Positions 35,816 to 48,572 of a stretch of DNA of 64,000 nt are shown here, piece by piece. Source of the stretch: Coniocarpon cinnabarinum (Eukaryota). The DNA is taken from contig JAVECO010000051.1 in NCBI GenBank assembly GCA_051942205.1, forward strand, positions 62,001-126,000, read 5' to 3'. Each line of letters opens with the position of its first letter. Positions within the stretch are counted from its first letter, which is position 1. The notes beneath the pieces are model-generated. The model was not told where the DNA came from. It was given only the letters and a program-made list of their open reading frames with translations, and ran no database searches. A program made the position numbers and the translations under genes.

Positions 35816-36682
35816 TTATGTGTACACCCTGCCATTAGCAGCGTTGAAAATGTCCTGCCGCATTGCCTCGAAACCACCAGCCTCAAAGTGCTTAGCTGAC
35901 ATCCCAATGGGAATTTGCTCGTCGCCTCTCACTAGTGCAGTCCAAGTCTGGTTCGTGAACTGATCTAATGGCATGGCGTAGGGAGACACTGCCGCCTTCA
36001 CCCCTGGCTGATGCTTGTCGTCGTGCAGCTCCGTGTCCACCAACGGCGGAAACAGCTCAATACATCGCACCTTACTGGAAGTCGCGGCAAGCTGCTGTCG
36101 TAGTGTTAACACCCAATGATGGAGGGCCGCTTTTGTGGCAGAGTAGTTGGGCACGCGTGGCATGGGGAGAATGGCGAGACCGCTGCTCGTAAACGCGATG
36201 CCAGCGGGCCCGCTCCCCGCTCTTTGTTGTAGGTACGGGAGAAGCGCCATGGCGAGGTGTATGTATGCCGTGTAATTTGTCATGAGCTCCAGTTCCATCA
36301 GCTTCAGGTCGACCGTCTCAGGCTTTGCGAAATCAAAAGGACGCTGGATGCCTGAGTTGATGAGCACAAAGTCCAAGTCGGGATGCTCTTTATGGATCGA
36401 AGCTGCCCAATCTGGGATTGCGGACAATTGTGTTATGTCGAAACGCGAGGCTGATGCTTTAGACCCACCCATTTTGACGAATTCGTCGAGACGGTCCTGA
36501 CGTCTGCCGACGCCGATGACAGAGCTACCTGCTTGGAGCATTTTCTCTGCCAATGCTTTGCCAATACCAGACGTGACGCCAATCTAGCAAGTCAGCTGCG
36601 AACGTAGAGAGATCGATACCAGACCCGAGTATTGTGACATGCTTACCACCAGCGCTTTTCGGTAAGGGAAATTGTCGGGCAT
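35816..36682 (-). CDS. Short-chain dehydrogenase/reductase (DltE-like)
   Basis: MPDNFPYRKALVV|IGVTSGIG after one intron; INSGIQ, FTSSGLA, catalytic YSATKAA, ELFPPLVDTELH. Confidence 0.9.
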
Positions 36683-37293
36683 CTTTGAGAGGTGAGTCGT
36701 GTTCTTCCGCCTACACTACCGTGTTCGTTCAGAAAGAAGGACGCTTCTGGGGACTTGTTGTTTTCCTAACGTCTGCGACAAATGTCGAGAAAGAGACTTG
36801 CGTACGTAGGCGGAGGTGTCAGATGCTAGTAGTCAGTCATGATCAGACTACAAGGTGGTACGAGAGGAAAGCAGTTCTGCGCTGCGAAGAGACGCATGGG
36901 CGGCATTGTGGGTTATTAAGCCAGCGCAAACATCCATCACACAGCGGCAACCGGCGCCGGAGCAAAGAGGGCATGAGGAAGCTCAGACACCCCGAAGATT
37001 TACCAGCCTCTGGCGAAAGTGAGATGCAACTGTGCCTTCTGCATATGCAAGAAGCAGCGTGAGGCTTGTCGCACATATGTTGGAGAGGCACTGGGCGAAT
37101 CGACCATCGGCAATCTGGCGATGCGAGAAAGTTTGACAACGTACGAAGACGGCAGATCGTCGGCCTATGATGCGACCTTCACTAGCGCTCGGCTAAATTG
37201 GACCCAGCTTTAACACGCGCCTTTCGTGGCACCGCAAGGCATACCATCTTCCAGACCTCTACCATGCGACAAGATGAATGTTTGCATCATGAA

Positions 37294-37550
37294 AAGTTTC
37301 CTGCTTTGAGAATAAGGTCTTTGCTCCAAACACAAGGTCTCCGCTTGAAGGATAAGGTCTCTGCTTCAGAATTGTGGTCCCCGCTTTCAGAGGAAGATCT
37401 TTGCTTTCAAGCTGAGGTCTCTGCTTTAAGGAAAAGATCTCCGCTTCAAGAGTAAGGTCCTTGCTTTCAAAATGGGGTCTCTGCTTTCAGAGCAAGAGTT
37501 CTGGTTTAAGCATAAGGTGCCCGCTTCAAACCACAAGGTCCTCTGCTCTG
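37294..37550 (+). repeat. Degenerate 20-bp-period tandem array, 13 units, core AAGGTCYYYGCTT plus variable 7 nt
   Basis: Unit starts every 20 bp from 37294 to 37514, then 37535; e.g. aaggtctttgctccaaacac / aaggtctccgcttgaaggat / aaggtctctgcttcagaatt / aagatctccgcttcaagagt. Confidence 0.9.
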
Positions 37551-37830
37551 CAATCGCTGGTACTTGAGTTGGTGGCGCTAGTTCCTCTGTGCAGCCACCC
37601 ATCACCGTTGGACTGCCCTGGTGCGAACAGCCGAAGGCCCACCCCTGTCGGCCGAACTGAAGGTCGGGCACTACGAAGTGCCACCGTCCCGCCGTCAAAT
37701 CTTTAGTGTCACGATCCCTGCCAAGCAGCGCAGATCTTATGTAGGCACAGAGCAGAGGACTAGTGCTAGCTGTGAGCATCCAGTGTCTTTGCCCATCGTG
37801 GACGTCGAATTGCCTGCGTGGTCAGAAGCC

Positions 37831-38564
37831 TCAGACAGGAACAACAATCTCTAGGTTCCGATGGATGTTGTGGGTCCACTGCTCTTCATCTTGAGTCAGA
37901 TTTTGAGCCTTGGGAAAGCAACGACGTAACCACACAGCACAATCCTGCTGAATCTCTTCCGAGATTGATGACAGATAGCGCACTATTATAGCAGGGTTTG
38001 ACGATTCGATGAGAGTGAAGAACAGCCAAAGTCGCTTCACTTGAAAGCACAAGCAACAATATTTTGTAGTCTAATCACGTGATTAAGCTGCTCTGTTCTC
38101 AATCGTCATACGGTGTAGCACACCGAGGATCATCAGTAAAAGTCTTTGCTTGTTTCAGCCAACGTTTCTGCGGCTTTGACGATCTTCATGACCCTGGTTG
38201 AGGGTCGATTGTCTCGAGCTACACGTTGCTGTCAAATCCAATATTTACCGCAAAGGATGTGACGAGGTGGAACGCTTTCAAGGATTGAGTCGAAACCTGT
38301 CGTCTTGCTTTTAGCTTAGAGGCTTCGAACCTTCACAAAGAGCGCGATGATCTTGGCATCGCTGCACCATGCTTGTAGTACGGTGTCATTGATAAAGACA
38401 ATCTCGATCTCCGTCATATCCCAAGGGATAGCTGGCACCCTGCCGAAGAATGAATCGTAGGCTAGTGAAACATGAGGCTGAAGCGTCCGGAAGTTCTCGA
38501 TCCTATCGTGATATTCTGACCAAGAGTCAGATAAGGTATAGTCCCTGTTGAATTGATCAAGCAT
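37831..38564 (-). CDS. Possible multi-exon hypothetical protein
   Basis: Two protein-like minus-strand ORF segments (38316-38564 with ATG; 37831-38040 preceded by TTTCAAG); no consistent splice model established. Confidence 0.3.
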
Positions 38565-38861
38565 TTTGTTTACTCGCGCAACTTCTCGTCAGCACCTTCG
38601 GCTCAATTAAGTTGACGTCGAATGCGAAGCACAACGCGCTAATTTCACGCTGCACGGGCTTCCGTTCAGGGGCCTATAGCAGTAAAAATACCGGGGTATC
38701 AGGGTAGACTCCCTGCATTATAGGCGTATCTGGCGGAGTATACTGTACGTACATATGTTCACGCCTTTGGCGATTCAATCATTCCCATGCGCCAAAACTC
38801 CTAAACTCAGTACATAGGTGCCGCACGATCATCCGTGCATTCATATTCAAAACATCAATCA

Positions 38862-41438
38862 ATGATCAAACCGTGGCGCTCAAAAATCCGCCGAGAACGC
38901 CTTGTGTACGCCCAAAAATTGCGCCCAGGATATGTGTTCCCTGTGAGGAGCGCATCGACAAGGGTCGTAAATAACTCAGGTCACATCGACACCAACGAGA
39001 ATGAAGGCGTAGTCTTTTTCAACAGTGAGTAGTGAAGTCGAGCAGTGACTCTTGAATCCAGTTCTGATCCCATTGTGGGTGTTTATCCGCGCAGACTCTC
39101 GTGGCTCCTGCGACTTCCGCTTCCTAATTCAACGTTTTCGACTGAAAAATTAGAGGATCCTCGCGCACGCTTGATTGATCCGGTGCAGATATTCAACAAG
39201 GCCATCGAAGCCCGTGGCAAGAAAGGTGCTGCAACCGTAGAGAGTTTGACACCTTTAGTGCGAGATGGGGGCGCGTTTCTTAAGTTTTCGCATTCTCCTG
39301 ACACCAGTAAAGACGACATTATAAGGTTAGTGCGGGACCACCAGGCAAACAACAAGACCCATCCGTGGTGGAACCCGTTTGATGAGACGCTGATTCACGC
39401 TGTCCGTGGACGACCTTGGATTGAAGACTTGTATCGTCCTCCAAGCAGCCGCGTGAAGGTTGAGTTTGAACCCGAGGGGACGGCTGGCGGTTCTAATCCG
39501 GAGCTCTCTCAAGAGCAGGTGTACAGCTTGCTTCGGCCATACGGCAAGCTTCAGGAAATCCAATCGCAGCCAACAGACTCAAAAATCTGGCCGCGCTATA
39601 CCCTTGTTGACTTTGCTTCCACCAGCAGCGCCATCACTGCTAAGAACTGCCTTCACGGTTTCGTTGTTAATGATGAAGAAGGTGCCGGCAAAGGGCTTGT
39701 CATCCGACTCAAGACCAGTTATGAGCGTTATTCGCGATCCAGTTGGGCGACGGATTGGCTCTTCAATCATCCGCGCATTGTCATTCCCGCTCTTGCTGCA
39801 CTGGGCGCTTTCATTGCCAGCGTGGTTTTCGATCCAATTCGGACGACTTCTATTAAGCTTCACATCACGCGCGCCCTTCATATCTCCGACAACATGATTG
39901 TTAAAATGATCATGTCGCGTACCAATAGCATCCTGAATCGATATCGTGATCGCGACGAGGATGCGGGAGCGAGTTATCTCAACGCTATTTGGACAGACAG
40001 AAAGAACCACATCGAGACTCTTGAAAAATGGTTGATGGAGACCGCTGACACGTTCATTGTGGTGCAAGGCCCTCGCGGCTCTGGTAAACGGGATCTGGTT
40101 GTGACGCAGGCTCTCAAGTCTCGGCCAAATAAACTCGTCATCGACTGCAAGCGGATTCAAGATGCTCGTGGAGATGCGGCCACGATAAATGCCGCTGCGG
40201 ATGCTGTGGGTTACCGGCCAGTCTTTAGCTGGATGAATAGTATGTCAGGGCTCATTGATCTGGCTGCACAATCTGCAACTGGCGTGAAAGCTGGTTTCTC
40301 CGAGACTCTTGACGGCCAGTTGAGCAAGATACTTGGTAATACAGCTGGAGCTCTGCGTGAGATCGCTTTACAAGACCGTGACAAGAAGAAGGACAAGGAC
40401 GCTAGTATCGCCGATGATGACTACTTGGAAGCCCACCCGGAGAAACGTGCTGTGGTGGTGATCGACAACTTTCTTCATCGTGCCAACTCGGCAGACGCAA
40501 GCGACACTGTGGTTTATGATAAATTGGCAGATTGGGCGGCTGACCTAGTGGAGGCGAACATCGCGCACGTAATCTTTCTGACTACTGATGTGTCTTTTGC
40601 GAAGTCGCTTTCCAAAGCCCTTCCTGATCGTGTCTTTCGCCAGATATCTTTGGGTGATCTACCAGCAGACGCTGCAAAACGGTTTGTCGTGTCTCATCTC
40701 GATGCGGAACCAGAAGATGTGTCGGAAGATGGCGATAAAGCGAAGAAACTCACGCCTTACCAACGTAGAAAGGATCTGGGAGAGCTTGACGACTGTGTTG
40801 ACGCTCTGGGTGGACGTCTGACGGATCTTGAGTACCTGTCGCGCCGCATTCGGTCTGGTGAAACTCCATCGGCTGCTGTTAAGGGAATTATTGAGCAATC
40901 AGCATCAGAGATCTTGAAGATGTACATCCTGGGATCGCGGACGTCCGCCGAAGAACAGGCCTGGACGCCTTCGCAAGCATGGGTACTGGTCAAAGCACTG
41001 GCAGAAGCGACGTCGGGATCTTTGAAGTATAATGAGCTTCTGTTGCATGACTGCTTTGGGTCGACTTCTGGTCCTGCGGTACTGGCAGCGCTCGAGCAGG
41101 CTGAGTTGATCACTGTGCGTAGCAGGAATGGGCGTCCTTATGAGATCCGTGCTGGCAAACCTGTGTATCTTGAGGCTTTCAGAATGCTTAGGGACGACGA
41201 AGCATTGCAGGCTCGAATGGACACCGCGATCGTGGCTGAGCAGATGAAGGCTGCGAACGCCGGCATTGACAAGGCCGAAGAAGAGCTGAAGTTGCTGGGG
41301 TCTTTGCCGAATGTTCCTGCGGAGTTGAAGCAGCGTGTGAGGTACTTGTGCCAGAAGATCGAGGGTGGACAGCGTGCTGTTGAGGAGCTTGAAGCGACGG
41401 GAGCTGAGTTGAAAGCTGTGCTGAGACGGGCGTATTGA
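38862..41438 (+). CDS. YME2: Mitochondrial escape protein 2 (RRM + TM + RNA12/AAA-like domain)
   Basis: GHIDTNENEGVVFFN|..VYPRRLSWLL, VRDGGAFLKF, VRGRPWIEDL, RPYGKL, AKNCLHG, NHPRIVIP, FIVVQGPRGSGK, VGYRPVFSW, LGGRLTDLE. Acceptor of intron 1 is problematic (see findings). Confidence 0.92.
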
Positions 41439-41533
41439 TTGGCGAGGCGCTGTGTAGCCGGCCGTAATGCTTGAACATCACCTGATCTCACTCCGTATCT
41501 TGTAAGATCCCGATAATGATCAATTTCCCCTGC

Positions 41534-44500
41534 TCACAGCCAGAGTAACTCCGCTGTCAACCAGTACCCTATCACCAGAAGGGTCATCTGCAGGTCGAAG
41601 GCCCATGTACTGAGCTCTTCATCCTGTTCGGCATTCATACCCCCACTCTCCTGGGGCGCTGACACACTGGCCGAAGGTCTCGCATTGCCCAGGCTTACTG
41701 ACGATCCAGACCCTTGCGGATCCGGTACATCTTGCTGGGTTGCGGCCTTATCGAGCTCCGTCTGGTCCGCTTTCTGATGGGCCTCTGGAGGTTCGCTGGT
41801 TTCTCCAGCTTCTTGAACCTCCAGCACGGCGGTATCGTCGCCTGTTGTGCCATCTTGGCCTTGGCCGGGCTCTCCATCTCCGGCGGTACCTGGATGCTCG
41901 ATGACTTGTGGCTCATCGGTGCCAGCTGCTTCCTCCAGGGCGGGGGTTTCGTCCACCGCGACCGCGACCTCTCCCCGGAACGAGTCGTCGTCCTTCTTGT
42001 CTGCTACGACGGGCAAGCGCTCAGGGCGTCTTGCCTCGTCGGCTGGCGGGGCGTCGTCTGGCGTCACTGCTCGTGACGAATTTGCCCGTTGGCGCTTCTT
42101 CGGTGACGGCGAGAAGACTTCCTGCATCTTGTCAGGATCGTCGGACCGCTTGCGCTTACGGTCACCGCCTAGCGGACTAGACGGCGCCACTTGCGCGGTC
42201 TCGACGTCCACTGGGTCTTCTTGCGCTGCTGCTGGCGTCGGTCCCGAATCGTCGACATCCATGGGGTCGTCTTGCGCCCCTGTTGGCTCTGGTTCAGCAG
42301 TGTCGACGTCCATTGGGTCTGGTGCTTCTGCTGGAGCCTAGAGAATTTTGCATTAGCCCACTGTAATCATTTTCCACTTGGCACTTCCAGCAAGGGCTCC
42401 CTTCGTCCAGGGCTTTCAAGCCATAGGGTGTGTCAAGTGGAAGAGTCCCCGCCATGTGATCCGGAAATTTTTGTATTTACCTGCGAGTCTTTTACGATGT
42501 CCAGAACCTCCACGACATCGACGGTCGTGATGCGTCCCAGCATTTGCAGGCGGAGAAGCTGCTCGGAGAAGTCCTGAAGGAGACCCTCTTGATTGATGCT
42601 GTCCCGATAAGTATGAGCAAAGCGCTTCAGCGCGTCAGGAAGGTGATAATTCGAGAGCGGCCGTCCACCGGGAGCAAAGAACTCATCCCAGTACTGGATG
42701 AATCGGCCAGTGCTTGGACTTGCATGATAGACGACCTTTCTGACATTGCGGCGCTGCTCGTCCTCTAAGAGTGAAGCTGGGTTGCTGTCCTCGTTGGAGT
42801 CTGTCACAAGGTCGCCAGTCTTCAAGATCCGCTTCGACCTTGGGTGATAGAAAACAATGCCATCCGGCGCCTGCATGACTGCGTACTTGGGTTTCGCCGG
42901 TTTGGCTCGCTTGACATTCTTAGTGACACCGGAAGGCTGTGGCTTCCCTGTCTTGACTTGCTTGGTACTCTCAGTTGCACCGGGTGCAGGCTGTGGCTCT
43001 GCTGCATTGGCTTGCTTAGCACTATCAGTCACACTGGATTCAGGCTGTGGCTCCGCTGGGTTGCCCTGCTCAGTATTGGCAGTCACATCAAACGCAGTCT
43101 GTGGCCCTGCTGCATTGGCTTGCTCGATGTTCTGAGTCACACCGGATGCAGATTGTGGCTCTGCTGAACTGGCTTGCCCAGTATTCTCAGTTACACCAGA
43201 TGCAGGCTGCGGGTTCAATTTGAGCTTCAGCTTTAGTCCAGAGTTAGCCTTGCCGGCGTTTTCGGTTGCTTTGTTAATGGGAGCCATTTCGTCTTCCTGA
43301 GAATCTGGAGGAAGATGATGCGGTTGAGTCTGACACAGATGCTTTCGGGAAGCTTGGAAAGTTGAGTGTGAAAGAGGTGGCTCTTGCAAAGTCTGGTTAT
43401 CAGAAGTTAGAAGAGTAAACTCTGGAGAATTTCTGTGATCAAAAGTGTGAAGAGAGAGTTCTGGCACAATGTGATGATCAGAAGTTGGAAGAAGAAGCTC
43501 TGAAAAACTTGAGTGACCGAAAGTTGGAGAGGGAAATCGTTGAGCTTCCAGGTGAAGAGACTTGAGAGGTGGTACGTCATCACGACTATTGTCACTGCTC
43601 GTATTGTGCTTGGCAGGTGGCTGGCAGAGCGTCGTGGTTGAAGGCAAAAGAGGGGCAGACTCAGAGGCAAGAGGTGAGTCACGGTTTGAGATGCTTTCAT
43701 CTGGTCTTTGTCGATCACTGGATCCTGCCACTGGCTTGTGATTGAAGTTTGGGACTATCACTCTAGGGCTGGTATCTCCATCTTTGCCTGAGTTGTACAT
43801 TGTTGGACGACTTGACCCAGTTGCCTGGCTTTTGAGCGAATGAGACTCAGCTTCAGTAATGTGGCCCTCTTGTGAACGAAGCTTCGACTTGCTGCTGTCA
43901 GACTCTGATCTATACGCCGATTTTTGCGGCAATGACAGGAGGCTCAAATGCGTGGTATTCATGTGGGACTTGAGCTCAATTTCTGAACCGCATTCAAACT
44001 TTGGCATGCAAAACATACATCGAAAGTCACAGTCCTTTGAATCCTGATCAAAATTCTTGGATGATTGATGTTGGGTCTCCATCAACCATCCCATCCTCAA
44101 GTTGAGCTTGACATTTCCCAAAGTCATTGCACGTGGACCGCGGCAGTATTGGACTCGGAGTGAAAATTGCGACACTGGAATCGACGAAGAGTGGATCTGA
44201 GTACGAGCTTCAAGAATGGCCATCTTGTCAATGTTTCGGATACATTTGTCTAACATGACTTTGTCGAAAAGCTTTGCCTGATCGACTGGGCTCGAACACC
44301 GCAAACGTAGTATCACAGAAATAGATTCTGTCTGCTCCCCAAACATCGCGGCCTTTATTGTAGAGCTTTGAAGAATCCACGGTCTCCTCAAACTGAGGGA
44401 AACGCATCCCTGACCTCCGTTTCCCTTTCCCTCCCCCGATGTTAACATTGCTCTGCGGCGCTCCAGATATGGGCGTGATGCTTGCCCTGCTTGGGACTCA

Positions 44501-44679
44501 TGCTCTGAGAGTAGGATTAAATCTACCTCGCAGTGACCAAAAGCTGATGCGCGCTCTGCAGCGCGGTCTCCAGAGAAGGCAACATCACAATTTCCAATGC
44601 TGAGCAGGTCGAGAAACCATGCACCGGTGTTCTTAGCAGAATCACGTTTGGAAAGTTCTGCGGTCGCTGCATCGGACAT
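41534..44679 (-). CDS. SUZ12-like Polycomb (PRC2) subunit: C2H2 finger plus VEFS-box-like domain, with repeat-rich insertions
   Basis: Exons 42481-44679 and 41534-42337 joined in frame by intron 42338-42480 (GTAAAT..GCTAAT..TAG). FRCMFC..LKSHMNTTH finger; FYHPRSKRIL..DSNED..FIQYWDEFF..LPDALKRF..LLQDFSEQLLRL..GRI follows the VEFS pattern. The true start could lie further upstream. Confidence 0.65.
42889..43209 (-). repeat. 54-bp (18-aa) coding tandem repeat x6 within the SUZ12-like gene
   Basis: QPASGVTENTGQASSAEP / QSASGVTQNIEQANAAGP / QTAFDVTANTEQGNPAEP / QPESSVTDSAKQANAAEP / QPAPGATESTKQVKTGKP / QPSGVTKNVKRAKPAKP. Confidence 0.9.
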
Positions 44680-45149
44680 GCTTCACAAGGATTGCAGCTC
44701 CCTGGCCGCAATGCGGTCCGCACCTCAGTCGTCGTGCTCTGTCTTTCATGCTGATTGGGTTACCCAGACCCTTTCGAGGTTATAAAGATTACAAGACACG
44801 ATCTTGAGGAGCACAGATTGGCGACAAGCACAAGCAAACTGGTAGGAGGTATACAACAGCGGTCTCAGAGATCTCGGTGGGTTGCTCAAAGCTACACTGT
44901 CAGTACACATTGAAGAAGCAGCTGTATTGAACATTGTCGGGCACCATCACCCTGCAAGTCTTAGGAGTTGACATGCATTCACCATGCAGGGGCCTCTCGA
45001 GTCACCCAATCAAATTTGACGCATGACTAGTGTCTCATAGCCCCTGATGCCTTGCTCATAAGGCAAGAAGCTTGACATCATTGCCTACCGATCTGACATG
45101 TGAAAAGTAATCTGAATCATCCTGGTGGAAGAAGCCCTACGGGTATTGC

Positions 45150-47465
45150 ATGATGACTACGCGCCGAGCCACAAGACACTCGACGCGGAGCCAACCCGTC
45201 TCATATCACGAATGGTCTTCGTCCTCCGAAGCCGACTACGAGCAAGGTCGCCAGGAAGCAGAAGATGAGGACACAGACGGTGTGGCCGCCGAAGAGCAGG
45301 ATTCGGAGAATGACACGCCCACTTTCATTAGGGAAAGACCCACCAAGAGGCGCAAGACGCAGCGCAATGCGGCGCAGAGAGGCGCCCGTTCAGCCCCGTC
45401 GCGGACTCTTCACGCAAACTATATGACAGGTCCTCTCGGTATGTCCACCGATTTGTTCCCACGACACCTCTTCGCTGCTGACGCATTTGTGTTCAGCATC
45501 TATGCCGATCGAAAAGCATTCCGCTCGACGAACAGAGACACCGCTTACTATTCCGTCGGACGATGTCTGCCCGGACTGGACATTGCTACCGTACGAGATC
45601 CTCTTAGCGATCTTTCGCTACGCCGCAGCCCCTCTCCGTGATGAGCTACTCATCCACCCGCAAGCCTCGATTCAATGGCTGCTTGCCACGTCTAGAGTCT
45701 GTCACACATTCAAGGAACCCGCGCTCGCCGCTTTGTACGAGTCTCCACCCTTGACAGAGCTTGCTGGACCTCATCGTCTCCTATCTTCACTCAGAACAGA
45801 TCCCGCGCATTTATCTATGCAATACGATTCAAAAATTAAGAAGCTAGAGCTGGATGCCATCCGAACCCTCGCGTACACTTCTTATGGCAGAGGCTTAATA
45901 GACCTTGTCCAATTGATCGTGCACATGCCGCAGCTATCTGAAATCGACTTGCGAGATAGCTCTGAACGTCCACCATACCGACGGCTGCATTCTGGCAAGG
46001 TACGTCTGCACTGATTTCTTTCGTGTATCCGTTTAAATTGAAGCCGAAGAGCGCCGAAATCTTGTTAGGCTGCAGGGGAGTGCGGTATAAACTTTGAGCC
46101 TCAGAACGGTACCCTTGACATTGCGCTTTTCAAGAATGTAGCGCCAAGACCGTGTTTTACATTTCGAGAGGGTATGGTCCCCGGTCTGTCGAGTTGTGCT
46201 GACGTCTTGTTTCTCAGGGCTGGGTATATCCAGAAAACCTCTTCACAGATCTCTCTACTTGCGGCACTCAACTCCGTAGATGGCATTGGAACGCGCACAT
46301 GATCAAGCAACAATCGTCCGTCACAGCCTTTTCTCCCCGCGTCGCCGAAATGATGCGTGCAGCGCATAGCTTACCATCGCTTAACCAATTGAAGGAGCTC
46401 TCGTTATCCCAATTTGGACCTGCGAGTCCGCAACGCAGTCCCAAAAATACCGCCAATGATAATGCGCCATCTGCGATTGCTCAGCGCGTAAGCTCGGTAT
46501 TGGAACCTCTGAAAAAGTTGACAGCCATGTCACTGATCTCTTGCTCGGCGTTCGAGAAGTCCTGGATGGAGGTCCTCCAATCGCTACCTTCTAAGCTAAG
46601 CTCACTGACGCTTTCAAATACACAATTCCTCGATTCGCTTGCTGTTCGGGATTTCCTCCGTGATCATGGATCTTGCCTCAAGGAGCTGGTACTGGACCAC
46701 AATCAATCCTTGGATTTGTCATTTACTACTGACCTGTGTGAGACATGCCCTCAGTTAGAAAGACTTCACATGGACTTGACGTACTTTAACCAAGTGGCTA
46801 ATTATGAAGATAACAAGCCGCTCTTCGATGCGCTACTGCTGCAAGATGAGCGGCCTCGGTGGCCTACCGCCTTGCAATCTCTCGAGCTTTATAATCTGCG
46901 CCAGTGGACTTCAGACGCCGCGGAAAATTTCTTCATGTCCCTCATAGATTCGGCTCACGAGTTGTCTAGCTTGCGATATCTTGTCATCAAAGCGATTCTG
47001 GACATCAGCTGGCGAGATCGCGCAAATTTTCGAGAAACTTGGATAAGCTCCTTGAAGGATGTATTTCTGCGGAACTCTCCAGATCCAGACCCCCGGCTCG
47101 TGTCACGACGTGCGTTTCGTGAGGCGGGACCGTTCAATAGAAGTCATGACGGGTGCACCCTTACGGCAGAGACACCAGTCCGCAGCGTCTCTGCTGAGCC
47201 GGCGCTTGAAGGCAGGGCACGGCGAAGTACACGTATCCAAACGTACACGTCACAAAGAGCCGAGCAGGCAGAGGAGGAGTCGAGTGATGACGATTGCGCT
47301 GTCGTGCCCCGCCGGGCCTGGAAACTGCCTTCGAAGCCGTTTATTCAGGGCCTTTGTGAAGTCGTGGATATCAGCATTGACAACAATCGACCAGGCGAGG
47401 TTCAGTTTCACGAAGAGGACTTCCTGGACACTGATCCAGGCGAGGACGAGGAATGGGTTGAATGA
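45150..47465 (+). CDS. F-box / leucine-rich repeat (RNI-like) protein
   Basis: Three exons (introns ~45439-45496 and 46000-46217); F-box WTLLPYEILLAIFRY..LLATSRVCHTFKEPAL; LRR-like LKELSL, LTAMSL, LSSLTL, LKELVL, LERLHM, LQSLEL, LRYLVI. Confidence 0.82.
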
Positions 47466-48572
47466 TCGAGACGATATTGAAATCATGAAATCGAGGAGCG
47501 AATGAGTATTTGCATATAATTTATATCTCAATCCAAAAGGATCAAGCGTGGCAGTAATTATAACAGTATTAACATCGGCACAAATGCTAGTTTCGCATCT
47601 GACAATTTGCGAAACTTTCTAAAAAGCAAATCGGAAGCCTGCAACATGTTTCCGTGTGTGAGATGACTGATCAGGCCGATTGAAATGGACGCAGAGCTAT
47701 AGAACCGATCCCAGAGACGCTTTAAAGCAAGACCTTTGACCTGAACGATTGACATGTGAATATGCTCTACGCTAGTCAATCAAGCCTAGATATATTTATT
47801 CCTGCATTTTTGTTAACCTGTGTCTACATCAGCAAATTTGCAGACCCGGATACTGTTCTGCCAAATTTCGGATGATGAAGTGCACTGCTGGTAATTGTTC
47901 ATTGAGCAATCACCTGAGGCCAGTTGCTGTTTGCGATTCAGGTGCGTCATTCAGTCACTTAAGCGACTCGGCTGCTAACATACTCGAAGGGATCGTCCAT
48001 GCGACAGGGACAAGCGCTCAGCCAAGGCTCCAGACATTGGAGAAAAATTAAAAAGTGTACCTATGTTTATTACAGTAGCCTCTATATAGCGCTATAGCTA
48101 AGTGGGAAGTTGGAGAACCAACAGGACCATCACGCGCGAGCAACGGAATTCCGAAATCAAGGAAATGTCAAAAGTCGTTTGCATTCACTACCGACGTATG
48201 ACGTCGACTTATGATCTAAGTCGCGCACGTTCCATTGTACAACATGGACCCTCGTGTACAACGAACAAAGACGCAATTGGATGTTGAAGGGAAAGAGATC
48301 ATAACAACCGCACATCTGTGTTGACATGGGCATTCATTGCTCGTCAAGAGAACGTGTAAGAGCTCGACACAAACGCATGGTTGTTTTGAGAGCCCAGCGG
48401 CTCTGCCGACTATGAACAGAGACGACCAGATTTCAATGAAAGACCGCAACGTGCCCTTCAATTGTGCTTGTCTTGGAATAGATGCAGCTCGACACCCTCC
48501 ATTCTCAATACCGGTGGAGAATGTTTCCACACCGAGATGCCCGATGAATTATGCATGTCATCTTGATAGTTC

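Noticed and set aside
9276..36682. Secondary-metabolite cluster (GMC, esterase, MFS, SDR)
   Set aside because: No PKS, NRPS or terpene synthase backbone gene, and the genes are interleaved with housekeeping loci.
37294..37550. CRISPR-like array (conserved core plus variable spacer)
   Set aside because: Eukaryotic context, no cas genes, 13-nt degenerate core and 7-nt linkers are far too short; kept only as a periodic repeat.
1..44679. Silencing gene cluster (Mit1-like, CnjB-like, SUZ12-like in one window)
   Set aside because: Separated by ~20 kb of unrelated housekeeping genes each; co-location is probably coincidental.
46069..46171. Possible cassette exon inside F-box gene intron 2 (TAG..GTATGG)
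   Set aside because: Inclusion shifts the frame into a stop and no clear branch site precedes the acceptor.
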